From positions 1-30,221 of IMG/VR virus record IMGVR_UViG_3300031949_000135: DNA of 30,221 bases; one strand, written 5' to 3'. This DNA is from a virus (Duplodnaviria > Caudoviricetes). The position numbers and the translations under genes were made by a program. The notes under the pieces are model-generated. The model made no database searches. It saw only the letters and a program-made list of their open reading frames with translations, and was not told where the DNA came from. This document shows positions 7,775 to 16,930 of the stretch, one piece after another (position 1 is the stretch's first letter; each line of letters starts with the position of its first letter).

Positions 7775-8830
7775 ATGACAGTATTTGGCACGCCGATACG
7801 TACGAGCGCAATATCTCTAGCCAGGTATGCAGAGATAATTAACTATACTGATTGTGCATTCTTTGGCGTTTCTCATCCTGGAAATGACAATTACGCTTGC
7901 CGTGAAATTTGGACTAAACCGCAACGTGACGATATGCAGTTTCATCTGTCAGAAGCGCAGTCCGAAATCGAGAAAGTTATTGGCTTCCCGTTGAGTCCGA
8001 AATGGTTTGCCGACGAGGTTCATCCGTTTCGTTCAAAGATACTTACAAAGATGACCAATGTTCTTGAGCTCGGAATTGAAGCAATTACTAATATTTCTCT
8101 GAATGCTACTGTTACGCTTACCAGCGATCCAGCAACCGTAACTATTGCGACTGCTCTTACGTCCGTAGAAGGTATCAAAATTTATTATCCAGGAACGGAC
8201 GAAGAAATTTATCCGTCAAATATGGTGATTACTGGCGGCAATCTTGTCATATCTGTACCTAAATGCAGAATCGTTAAGTATACTCTTCTAGATAATCCGT
8301 CCAATGGTCTTTTGTATACTGATTCTATTTATCAGGACAAAGTGGACGTCAAAAGACGTTATACAGATCCGTCGGATCAGATAACTGTAGTCTGGCCTCA
8401 TCAATGCAACCCCACTTGTTCTTCTACTGGATGTGTTAGATATATCGAGCCAGCTTGTGGAATAATTTTAGATCCAGAAATTGGCGAGATAACTTACGAG
8501 TTTGCTACTTATTCCAGTGAATCCTGGGTTAGAACTCACAGAATTTGTTGCAAGGGAGAACCGCAGAAGATAGAAATAAATTACAAAGCGGGAATGCAAG
8601 TTCTCGACCCCATAGCTGAGACAGCTATTATACGACTTGCACACTCCAAAATGCCATATCAACCATGTGGCTGCGATGCTATAATCAATATGTGGCGCAG
8701 AGATGCCACTATTCCGCAAATTTTAAGCGTAGAGCGATTGGAGTGTCCATTCGGTTTATCTAATGGAGCATGGATGGCTTGGAAATTCGCTGGTCAATTA
8801 GCAATTGAAAGGATGTCGGTATTCGGATGA
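7775..8830 (+). CDS. Putative head-tail connector/adaptor, Cys-rich
   Basis: Position between head and tail; LSEAQSEIEKVIGF and IEINYKAG...AIIRLA resemble gp6/gp15-like adaptors; 12 Cys. Confidence 0.6.
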   Translation: MTVFGTPIRTSAISLARYAEIINYTDCAFFGVSHPGNDNYACREIWTKPQRDDMQFHLSEAQSEIEKVIGFPLSPKWFADEVHPFRSKILTKMTNVLELGIEAITNISLNATVTLTSDPATVTIATALTSVEGIKIYYPGTDEEIYPSNMVITGGNLVISVPKCRIVKYTLLDNPSNGLLYTDSIYQDKVDVKRRYTDPSDQITVVWPHQCNPTCSSTGCVRYIEPACGIILDPEIGEITYEFATYSSESWVRTHRICCKGEPQKIEINYKAGMQVLDPIAETAIIRLAHSKMPYQPCGCDAIINMWRRDATIPQILSVERLECPFGLSNGAWMAWKFAGQLAIERMSVFG

Positions 8831-9351
8831 TCAGCGTTTATTTTGAGGAGATACTCTCTCCACCGTTCAATATCGGTGTGCTTCGTTTATACGTTCTAAA
8901 TGAGGCTCGAAAGATTTCCACCGAGATGAAGAGAGACTTCGACCGAACAGTTAGCACTTGGGATCAAAAGCCAAGATTTTCTAAAGACGTAAATTTCGGT
9001 AAAGATAAATTAAGTATTGAAGTTGGTACAGATGATGTGAATTATCGCAGAGTATCCGAAGGAACTACTGGAAAACCTCGAGTTGCTCGTGGTTGGACAG
9101 GTGTTGGAGGAGCTAAAGCTATCAAGTTAGTTCCGTACATTCCTAAGACCGTTCCAGGTCAGATAGATGCAAGGGCTGGTGGAGAAGTAGAAGGCGGAAC
9201 AATAGTCTATAGAGCATACACGCTGAATACTGGCGGAATAAAAGCACGAGGATTTGATGAGCTTATCCAAGAGATTTGGGAACCAAAATTTGCTGAAAGA
9301 CTTCAAGTAGCTTTGGATGCTGCTGCGGTAAGCACAGGATTTGCTTTCTGA
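8827..9351 (+). CDS. Putative neck/tail-completion protein (HK97 gp10-like)
   Basis: Position in the neck module; YRRVSEGT...GIKARGF pattern resembles gp10-like proteins. Confidence 0.5.
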   Translation: MISVYFEEILSPPFNIGVLRLYVLNEARKISTEMKRDFDRTVSTWDQKPRFSKDVNFGKDKLSIEVGTDDVNYRRVSEGTTGKPRVARGWTGVGGAKAIKLVPYIPKTVPGQIDARAGGEVEGGTIVYRAYTLNTGGIKARGFDELIQEIWEPKFAERLQVALDAAAVSTGFAF

Positions 9352-9358
9352 GGGCTTA

Positions 9359-9748
9359 ATGGACCAATACGACATCAATGTTCCTGTAAAAATTATCAGA
9401 AACAAAGGCTTCGTATCTTTAGTTGAGTGGTTAGATACGGAAAGATTTCGACGAACCGTAGTTCCTAGAGAAGAGGTTCGTGAAGATGGTAGAGGTAAAG
9501 CTTTTGTTTCGCAAAGTTCTCTCGATATGGGAATTCCATACGGTGTTAGCTGGGAGCAGAGATTGAAAGGATCCTACGTTATCGCCGGAAGCGTTATTGC
9601 TGAGCAATTGGAGGTATCTGGAATATGGACTAAAGAAGACTATGATAAGAATCCTAGAGCTGTTCACGAGGCTGTTCTCGGAGCCGCACGAGAAATTTTG
9701 AACGATCTTTATTCTACGTCTAGAGCTATCCCTAAACAGGAGGAATAA
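9359..9748 (+). CDS. Hypothetical phage protein in neck/tail module
   Basis: Fills the gap between the neck and tail-tube genes; ATG 9359 preferred to the track start at 9341. Confidence 0.6.
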   Translation: MDQYDINVPVKIIRNKGFVSLVEWLDTERFRRTVVPREEVREDGRGKAFVSQSSLDMGIPYGVSWEQRLKGSYVIAGSVIAEQLEVSGIWTKEDYDKNPRAVHEAVLGAAREILNDLYSTSRAIPKQEE

Positions 9749-9750
9749 TT

Positions 9751-11220
9751 ATGGCGACTAATTTATTGGCAGGACAATCATCTTTGTGGATTCAGCCTGA
9801 CGGTCCTAATACTGAGCCTAAGTATCTTGGCTGTCACAGTGTTGGCGACATTACCGAGCCGTTCGGCGATGAAACTTTGCTGTACTGCCCTGATCCTGCG
9901 CAAGCTGGCAGATTTGTCGTGAAGAATAGCTTTACAGGCGAGCCTGGAGCTATTACGACCACAGTCGAAACCGATCTACGGAAAACTGCGGATTTGCTGG
10001 AAGATATTGGGAAGTGCGGCTTACCCATCTATCTTCATAAGGTATCCTGCGGACGCCGAGACGTTTTCACCAACTTCGACCGGACGTTTATACTCAATCC
10101 GGCGAAGGTCACCAGTCGCGGATTAGGTAATCTGGCTGCTCGCGATCCGGGGAATGAGAACGAGTCAACTCAGACCTTTGATCTTACTACGTTGCAGCTG
10201 ATTCGTGCCTTCCCAATGGAAGCCAATCGTGTATCTATCGCTGACACTTCCAGCATTACCGGAATTGCTGTCTGCGGTGAGGAACGCTGTGAGGGTGACT
10301 GCGGTGCATCACAGAAAGTCAGTGATTACATCTATCTTGCCACTTTGGTTCCTCCCACGAGTGCTGCTGGATTTGCTCAGGTTCTGTATTCGATCAAGGG
10401 ATCGACTTTTGTTGCGACCGCTGCTGATCCTTTCGCTGCCGGTGAAGATATCCGTGGCATCGTCTGCTTCCGTGTGGGTCGCGACACAATTCGTATCATG
10501 GTTGCTCGCGGTGAAACTGACGGCGGTAATCCTGCTGAGATTGCTTATAGCGATGATAATGGAGTTACTTGGACTAACGTAAACGTCGGCAGCACGAATG
10601 GTGAATACGTTGCCAATAGTCATGCTCTGTTTGCTCTTGATCGCTACCATATCTGGCTAGGCTCTAGCGGTGGACGGATTTATTTCTCGAGCAATGGCGG
10701 TACTTCCTGGACTGTTCAGGAAAACGCTGTAATCTCCGCTACTGCCATTCAGGGTGTCTCGTTCTCTTCCCCAGAAATGGGATTTGCTGTCTATGTCGGT
10801 GGTCAGGTTGCAAAGACGACTGATGGCTCAACCGTTGGCGCTTCCTGGTCGGCTACTGGAGCAGTTTCAGGATCCGCTGCTGCTCGCGACATTCATGCGA
10901 TTTCTCCGTTCTTCGTCTGGGTTACTGGCACAGATGGGATGTTCTTCACTCATGATGCAGGAGATACCTGGGAACAGCGTGAGTCTCATGCAATCTTTGC
11001 GATTGACTTCCTTGACGAGCTTGAGGGTCTTGCTGTAGGTTCTGCAGTCAGCGGCAACATCTATCACACAATCGATGGAGGATATGACTGGCAACCGTTG
11101 GATCCCATTACCAATCAGGGTTTTCTAGACGTGCTATTCCTGACTTCGAAGTTGGGTTATGCGTCTGGTGCTGCCACTGGTGGTACTGGTATGCTGGCGA
11201 AAATTTTGCCAGAGGCATAA
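9751..11220 (+). CDS. Major tail (tube) protein with C-terminal Asp-box/BNR beta-propeller
   Basis: AGGAGG SD; directly upstream of the chaperones and tape measure. Five Asp-box-like motifs: SDDNGVTW, SSNGGTSW, TTDG..SW, THDAGDTW, TIDGGYDW. Confidence 0.7.
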   Translation: MATNLLAGQSSLWIQPDGPNTEPKYLGCHSVGDITEPFGDETLLYCPDPAQAGRFVVKNSFTGEPGAITTTVETDLRKTADLLEDIGKCGLPIYLHKVSCGRRDVFTNFDRTFILNPAKVTSRGLGNLAARDPGNENESTQTFDLTTLQLIRAFPMEANRVSIADTSSITGIAVCGEERCEGDCGASQKVSDYIYLATLVPPTSAAGFAQVLYSIKGSTFVATAADPFAAGEDIRGIVCFRVGRDTIRIMVARGETDGGNPAEIAYSDDNGVTWTNVNVGSTNGEYVANSHALFALDRYHIWLGSSGGRIYFSSNGGTSWTVQENAVISATAIQGVSFSSPEMGFAVYVGGQVAKTTDGSTVGASWSATGAVSGSAAARDIHAISPFFVWVTGTDGMFFTHDAGDTWEQRESHAIFAIDFLDELEGLAVGSAVSGNIYHTIDGGYDWQPLDPITNQGFLDVLFLTSKLGYASGAATGGTGMLAKILPEA

Positions 11221-11254
11221 ATGGAGAGTTCTTTCAAAGATATCTGCTGGAATG

Positions 11255-11320
11255 TATCCTGGGTCAACGGTGCATCGGGACTACTCTCCTCTCGACCCGT
11301 TGACTCAGGATAAGGAGAGT
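11255..11320 (+). promoter_or_regulatory. Structured RNA element (long stem plus anti-SD loop) upstream of tail chaperone
   Basis: TATCCTGGGTCAACGG (11255-11270) pairs with CCGTTGACTCAGGATA (11297-11312), one G-U. Loop ACTCTCCT is complementary to the SD region AGGAGAGT (11313-11320). Confidence 0.55.
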
Positions 11321-11325
11321 CGTTC

Positions 11326-11925
11326 ATGGCAAAGAGATCAAAAAAGATTCTTCCTGCTTATAAGAAAGATACAAGCAGGGAGAAAAGTCGCGTATTTGAA
11401 GCAAGCAGTGGACTGAAAGTAATTCTCACCGGTCTGCCTCCGCTTACGCCCAATCGTCTTAACTCAGCTATTGAATATCCACAGAAACCAACCTATCAGA
11501 TAGAGACTGCAACAGGAGACGTCGAGACCTACGAGCATGATCTCACAACTCTACAAAATGACGAGGACAAGAAGGCATGGGCTGATTATCTGGAAGCTCA
11601 AGATGCCGCAGAAACTCTTCTGACCGAGAAGCTTCTTTACGCCGTCCTTTTGGAATGCGTTACATTGCAGGATTATGACGACAGGTTTGCAAGGTGGAAG
11701 AAGAATCAGAAATTCATGGGGATTGATCTGTCTGAAGATGAAGATGAAAACAAGTTCTACTTCATGCAGACAGAAGTCTTTCACGATGCTGACGATATCG
11801 GCGAGATTTTGACGATTGTAATGAGCTTGACAGGTGTCTCGGTGGAGGACCTCGCAGAAGCGAGGAACTCATTTCCAAGTGAAGTGGAACCCGAGCCACA
11901 GTCCGGGAATGGGGACGCCGCTTGA
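11326..11925 (+). CDS. Tail assembly chaperone (gpG-like)
   Basis: Acidic 199-aa protein between tail tube and tape measure, overlapping a second ORF. Confidence 0.7.
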   Translation: MAKRSKKILPAYKKDTSREKSRVFEASSGLKVILTGLPPLTPNRLNSAIEYPQKPTYQIETATGDVETYEHDLTTLQNDEDKKAWADYLEAQDAAETLLTEKLLYAVLLECVTLQDYDDRFARWKKNQKFMGIDLSEDEDENKFYFMQTEVFHDADDIGEILTIVMSLTGVSVEDLAEARNSFPSEVEPEPQSGNGDAA

Positions 11926-12151
11926 CGATTTAAAGATTCCGCAGAGTAACTGGGAATATTCTGAAATTCTTAGAGATTCGCTGACCGCTCTTTCCTGGGG
12001 ATTGGACGTTGAAGATTTCTGGGCAATGCCATCTCAGAAGAGAGCTCTGTATATTGAAACTGTGGTCGTAAAGTCTCAGATGCAAGCTTTCGAGGACAAA
12101 TTGACCTCAGACGAGATACGACGGCAGTCGGAGAATAAGTCACGTGGCTAG
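11873..12151 (+). CDS. Tail assembly chaperone extension (gpT-like), probably reached by frameshift
   Basis: Overlapping ORF in the +1 frame (track 11834-12151) with no convincing SD; W..M...R motif typical of pre-TMP chaperones; overlaps the TMP start. Confidence 0.6.
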   Translation, partial: FQVKWNPSHSPGMGTPLDDLKIPQSNWEYSEILRDSLTALSWGLDVEDFWAMPSQKRALYIETVVVKSQMQAFEDKLTSDEIRRQSENKSRG

Positions 12152-15100
12152 ATCCATTGGTCTTACAGGAAGGATGGATATTTCGCAATTCAATGCGAAT
12201 GTTCAATCCTTCATGAAGTCCATAAATGACATGAATAAGCAAGTCGCTCGAGTTGCGAAAGAATCGCAAGCTGGAGCGAGGTCTGCCGGAGAGGCTGCTG
12301 GAGTTCTTGGTGTAAATTGGCAGAGGGTAAAAGACATCATTACAGGTGTATTCGTAATTGATGTATTTCGGCAAATTAGTCGTGGACTTAAATCTTTAGC
12401 GGCAGAAGCTCTTGATGCTGCATCTCAATTTCAGATCCTAGATGTGCGCCTTCAATCAATTTTAGCTAGAGATTTTGCAAAGGAATTTGGGGGTACTGTA
12501 GGAGATGCCTTAGCAAAAGTAAAAGGAGAAGCTCAAGAACTTCTTATGTGGATTCGCAAGGTTGCGGTAACGACGCCATTTAGCGTTGAAACCTTAGCAA
12601 ATGCGATTGCATATGGTCAAGCATTTGGATTCAATGCGGAGCAGGCAAAGCGACTTGCTATTGCCTCTGGTGAATTTACTGCCGGAATGGGCTTGACAAA
12701 TGAGCATTTGACCCGAATCATTTATAACTTCGGTCAAATGCTGGCATCTGGCAGAGTACTCGGTCGCGAATTACGTGACCTTGCGAATAACTTTGTTCCC
12801 ATTCGCGATATAACTCAGAAATTGGCTGATGAGGCAGGTATACCTTTTGACGAGATGAAGAAGGCAATGTCAGAAGGAAGAGTGTCTGCTGAACAATTTA
12901 TCGGTGCATTTGTTCAGATTGCTGAAACAGATTTTGCAGGCGCAATGGAACGCATGTCTCGTACTATTCAAGGCGTTCGACAGAATATTTCGGACTTTAT
13001 CCGAACTTTATTAGGTATTGAGCTTTTGGGTCCTGTACTTGGAGAAATTGCCGAAAGCGCCGCCTCTGCGCTCGACCGAGCATTCGAGCCAGATGTTCTT
13101 CGAGCATTCTTTACCATCGGTCAGACGTTGCTAATTTCCTTTAAACAAATTAGAGCAGCTTTATCAGGACTAGGGTTGTCGATTGCGGCATTTCTGGAGT
13201 CTCTAGGATTTGCAGCTCCTACTGCATTTGATTTTGCCAGAGCTATATTATTCATTTCTACTGCCGTATCTAAAGTTATATCTGCTCTGGGTAGAGGAAT
13301 AGGAGCTTTCACTGGATTTGTAAATAGAATATCGGAGCAATTTGGTACTTCATTTACGCAACTGATACAACAGGCTGCTTCATGGGGCTTTAACATCATT
13401 CAGTCATTAGCTGCGGGAATGGCAAAAGCTCTTATTTACGTCGTTCAAGTTCTTACAGCTATTGCTAGATTATTTACGAAATGGCTAAAAGGATCCAGTC
13501 CTCCAAAGTTGCTTCCTGATCTTACTAAGTGGGGTACTCAGGCTATTAACTCGTGGCTTGAAGGTTGGACATCTGGCGATTTCGGCATCTTTAATGACAT
13601 CGCTGGTACAGTTGCCAGTTTCCTTCGATCACTAGAAGGAAAAATACCTAAAGTTCAGATAATTCCTAGAATTATAGGAAGTAGAAAAGCAATTCAAGGA
13701 GCGATCGACGACATCAATAAATTTGGATCAGTTACCGAAAGCTCTTTGCATAAGATATTTAAAGCTCTAAAGATATCCTCAGAGCCGCTGAAAAATTTCA
13801 TCAAAGAATCTTTAGAATTTGCAGTCATTGAAGAAATCATAGAACAAGCAAAGAAGGTTCTAGATTTTGATATTGATCTAAAAGTTCCCAAAGAAATCTT
13901 TGGCGTCATGGTAGATTCTCTTGAAGATCTTATAGCGGTTGCAGGAAAATTTAAGGGAGCTTTGGGCGATGCTCTACGTGGATATGTTCAAGCACTTGGC
14001 GATGTAGAGAAAGCTAATAAACGAGTTGCTGCTGCGCAAGAAAGACTTAACGAGTTGACCGAAATGTACGACGATAGACTCAGAGCTTTACGAGCGCAGC
14101 AGACTGCAATTGACAAAGAAAAAGACGATACTGGACGCATCGCCGAAATCGAGGAGGCTATTGCGACCGGTTTGTTGACTACGGAGGAAAAGAAACGATT
14201 AGAGCTTGAAAAAGCGCAAATTATTCTTAATCAGAAAATTGCTGCTTTGGAGGACGAACGTGATATTGCTCTTGACACAGCCGAAGATAGACTAGAAGCT
14301 GAGCGTAAAATTGCTGAAGAAGCAGAAAATAGACTTCGTATTCAAAAAGCATTAGCTCAAGAACTTGCTGATACTCAATTGGCAGCGGCAAAAGAGCAAT
14401 TAGCAGTTGCTCAGGCACAGGTTGAAATGATAATTGAGCAGAACAATCTGCTCAAAGAGCAAGCAGCTCTTCTAGCACAAATGGCGAAAGAGGCAGCAGC
14501 TAAAGCGGGAGAAGGAGAGCCATTTGATATTCCAGGTGTAGATTTTGAAGGCTTTGTCGATGAGTTTGAGCAAACTCTTGAAGATAGTAAACAAGATATT
14601 CTTGATGCTCTTCAGGATCTTCAGGATGAAATTGTAGCTCGCATTACAGAATTTAAAGATAAGATACTTGCTCCTTTCAGAGGAATACCAGAAGCAATAT
14701 CTAATCTTTTTGCGCAGATAAATACAGCATTCGAAGCAGCAGGACAAAATCCGGCAATACAAGCATTTTTAGATTCTCTGCAAAGATTCGGAGAAAGCGT
14801 CGGAGTAGCTCTGAATAATCTCAGAGTATTCTGGGATGAAAACGGCGAAGAAATCATCAGTATAATCGGTGGATTTTTTGACCGTTTGCTTACTCTTATC
14901 ACGCCAGAATTTGCAGGTCTTCTGGTAGCTGCCGGAGGTGGATTTGAAACTTTCGGTAAATTCCTTGAGAATATGACTGCTGTTCTTATTGAGAAAGGAC
15001 CACAAATTCAGGATTCCTTGCAAAGTTGGGTAGATTGGGTATTCGAAGAAGGCATTCCAAAGTTACAGGAATTCTGGAAGTTTGTTACCGATGAAGTTAT

Positions 15101-16928
15101 TCCTGCAATCGTAAATATAGCAGGAATTTTGAAGGATAATGCTCCAACAATTCTAAAAATCCTAGCCACTGTTGTAGGAGGGTTTTTACTGTTTCTTGGA
15201 GTTCTTAAGACTATTGTCGCCTTACCGCAGATTGCAGGATTTATTGCTATTCTTCAAGGAATAGGAGAAGCAATTGGAGGTCTTATAACATTTTTGTCTG
15301 GCGGTGGACTTGGAGGAGCATTCGCAACAATAGGATCAGCTATACTTCCAGTTATTGCGATTCTTGCTGCAATCGGTGGAGTTGTTCTTGTAGTAATCGA
15401 GCACTTTCAAGAATTCAAGGACTTCTTCTTGGATGTTTTTGGTGCTGTAGGAGATGCTATCAAACCTGCAATAGAACCGCTGAAAGATGCTTTTGCAGAT
15501 CTTCAGAAAGCTATGGCTCCGCTTACAAAAGGTACATCTCCGCTGAAGATCTTTATAGGTATTCTAAAAGGAATCGGAATGCTCGTACTTGCAGTAATTG
15601 TTCCCATATTTGTATTGTTAGTTGGAGTTATAGCAGGTTTGATACGTGGCATTGCTGAAGGTCTTACAACTTTCTTCCGAGTCTACGCAAGTTTTGTTGA
15701 GGGAATTCAGCGTATAGGTGAAGGGATAAAGACTTTTGTTCAAGGCATAAAGGATATAATCAAGGGAATAGGCGAGGGAGACTGGAGTTTAGTTTTAGAA
15801 GGACTTACAAAACTAGGTGATGGAATTTCAAAAATCCTTCATGGATTGATTCAGTCCATTGTAACTTTCTTCGCCAGTATGTTTGGATTTATTCTAGGTC
15901 TTGTGTGGGGTTTCATCCAAGGCTTCTTTGGCTTCTTCGTAAATTTGTATCACAGACTGATCGGCGGATCCCTTATTCCGGACATGATTCGCGATATTTT
16001 GGCAGCATTTGCTCAATTCTTTGTAGACGCAATTTTGGGATTTACAACATGGTTGTCTGACACAATCTCGAAAATACTTGAATTCTTCCCACAGTTCGTT
16101 CAATCTGGAGTTGATCTTGTAACCAATCTAATTACTGGCATGGAAGATATGGTGTTCGGAAGTAACGGTCTGATTGCAAAGACTGGAGAATGGATTCAGA
16201 GCACCATCGATAAGATCCTAGAATTTCTCGAAAAATTCGTGCAAGCGGGTAAAGATCTTATTGCTAAGTTTCTAGAGGGTATAGAATATGGATTCAAATG
16301 GGCTCAAGGAGTTTATGCAAAGATTGTAATATTCTTGAAAGAAACCGCAGCGAAGATTTTGGACATAAAAGACGATTTTGTTCAAGCGGGTAAAGATATC
16401 ATTGCTGGTATAATTGAGGGCATAACTTCTAAAGCCAGCGAATTGTACGATCTAATCCGAAGCATAATACGACGTGCTCTTGGAACTGCAAAAGAAGAAT
16501 CAGAAACAGATTCACCCTCGAAGAAGATGCATGATTTAGGCATAGATTGGATGATGGGATTTCAACAAGGTCTTGTCAGCCAGGCATCGTCGTTAGAACA
16601 TACAGTCTCCAACGTCTTTAGCGATCTTGCCGGAATTCCTGGTGGTATGAACTTTGCGATGGCAGAATCCTCAGTTCAAGGTGTTGTAGATAAATTGAAG
16701 TCTTTGAGCGATTCAGGTTCTCTAGGAACACTTGGAGCGAAGATAGATGTCAACCATCTTATTCCCGCTACAGCGGGAGGCGTCAATACACTTCTGTCGC
16801 AGCCCTCCCCGAGCTATACGAACATCCGAACAATCAACGTAGAAATTAATCCTACGTATGCACAAGTCCAGTCTGAAGCTGGTATCTACTATGACGTAAG
16901 AGCAGCTATTGCTCACATGTCAAGGTAA
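12144..16928 (+). CDS. Tape measure protein
   Basis: 1594 aa, helical and Ala/Ile/Gly-rich. N-terminal TMP domain (TPFSV..L, YNFGQM..GRV.G.EL), coiled coil, hydrophobic segments, amphipathic repeats. Confidence 0.95.
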   Translation: MARSIGLTGRMDISQFNANVQSFMKSINDMNKQVARVAKESQAGARSAGEAAGVLGVNWQRVKDIITGVFVIDVFRQISRGLKSLAAEALDAASQFQILDVRLQSILARDFAKEFGGTVGDALAKVKGEAQELLMWIRKVAVTTPFSVETLANAIAYGQAFGFNAEQAKRLAIASGEFTAGMGLTNEHLTRIIYNFGQMLASGRVLGRELRDLANNFVPIRDITQKLADEAGIPFDEMKKAMSEGRVSAEQFIGAFVQIAETDFAGAMERMSRTIQGVRQNISDFIRTLLGIELLGPVLGEIAESAASALDRAFEPDVLRAFFTIGQTLLISFKQIRAALSGLGLSIAAFLESLGFAAPTAFDFARAILFISTAVSKVISALGRGIGAFTGFVNRISEQFGTSFTQLIQQAASWGFNIIQSLAAGMAKALIYVVQVLTAIARLFTKWLKGSSPPKLLPDLTKWGTQAINSWLEGWTSGDFGIFNDIAGTVASFLRSLEGKIPKVQIIPRIIGSRKAIQGAIDDINKFGSVTESSLHKIFKALKISSEPLKNFIKESLEFAVIEEIIEQAKKVLDFDIDLKVPKEIFGVMVDSLEDLIAVAGKFKGALGDALRGYVQALGDVEKANKRVAAAQERLNELTEMYDDRLRALRAQQTAIDKEKDDTGRIAEIEEAIATGLLTTEEKKRLELEKAQIILNQKIAALEDERDIALDTAEDRLEAERKIAEEAENRLRIQKALAQELADTQLAAAKEQLAVAQAQVEMIIEQNNLLKEQAALLAQMAKEAAAKAGEGEPFDIPGVDFEGFVDEFEQTLEDSKQDILDALQDLQDEIVARITEFKDKILAPFRGIPEAISNLFAQINTAFEAAGQNPAIQAFLDSLQRFGESVGVALNNLRVFWDENGEEIISIIGGFFDRLLTLITPEFAGLLVAAGGGFETFGKFLENMTAVLIEKGPQIQDSLQSWVDWVFEEGIPKLQEFWKFVTDEVIPAIVNIAGILKDNAPTILKILATVVGGFLLFLGVLKTIVALPQIAGFIAILQGIGEAIGGLITFLSGGGLGGAFATIGSAILPVIAILAAIGGVVLVVIEHFQEFKDFFLDVFGAVGDAIKPAIEPLKDAFADLQKAMAPLTKGTSPLKIFIGILKGIGMLVLAVIVPIFVLLVGVIAGLIRGIAEGLTTFFRVYASFVEGIQRIGEGIKTFVQGIKDIIKGIGEGDWSLVLEGLTKLGDGISKILHGLIQSIVTFFASMFGFILGLVWGFIQGFFGFFVNLYHRLIGGSLIPDMIRDILAAFAQFFVDAILGFTTWLSDTISKILEFFPQFVQSGVDLVTNLITGMEDMVFGSNGLIAKTGEWIQSTIDKILEFLEKFVQAGKDLIAKFLEGIEYGFKWAQGVYAKIVIFLKETAAKILDIKDDFVQAGKDIIAGIIEGITSKASELYDLIRSIIRRALGTAKEESETDSPSKKMHDLGIDWMMGFQQGLVSQASSLEHTVSNVFSDLAGIPGGMNFAMAESSVQGVVDKLKSLSDSGSLGTLGAKIDVNHLIPATAGGVNTLLSQPSPSYTNIRTINVEINPTYAQVQSEAGIYYDVRAAIAHMSR
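16071..16420 (+). repeat. Three 47-aa (141-bp) degenerate repeats in TMP
   Basis: KIL....FVQ(S/A)G.D starts at 16071, 16212 and 16353. Confidence 0.75.
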
Positions 16929-16930
16929 TT

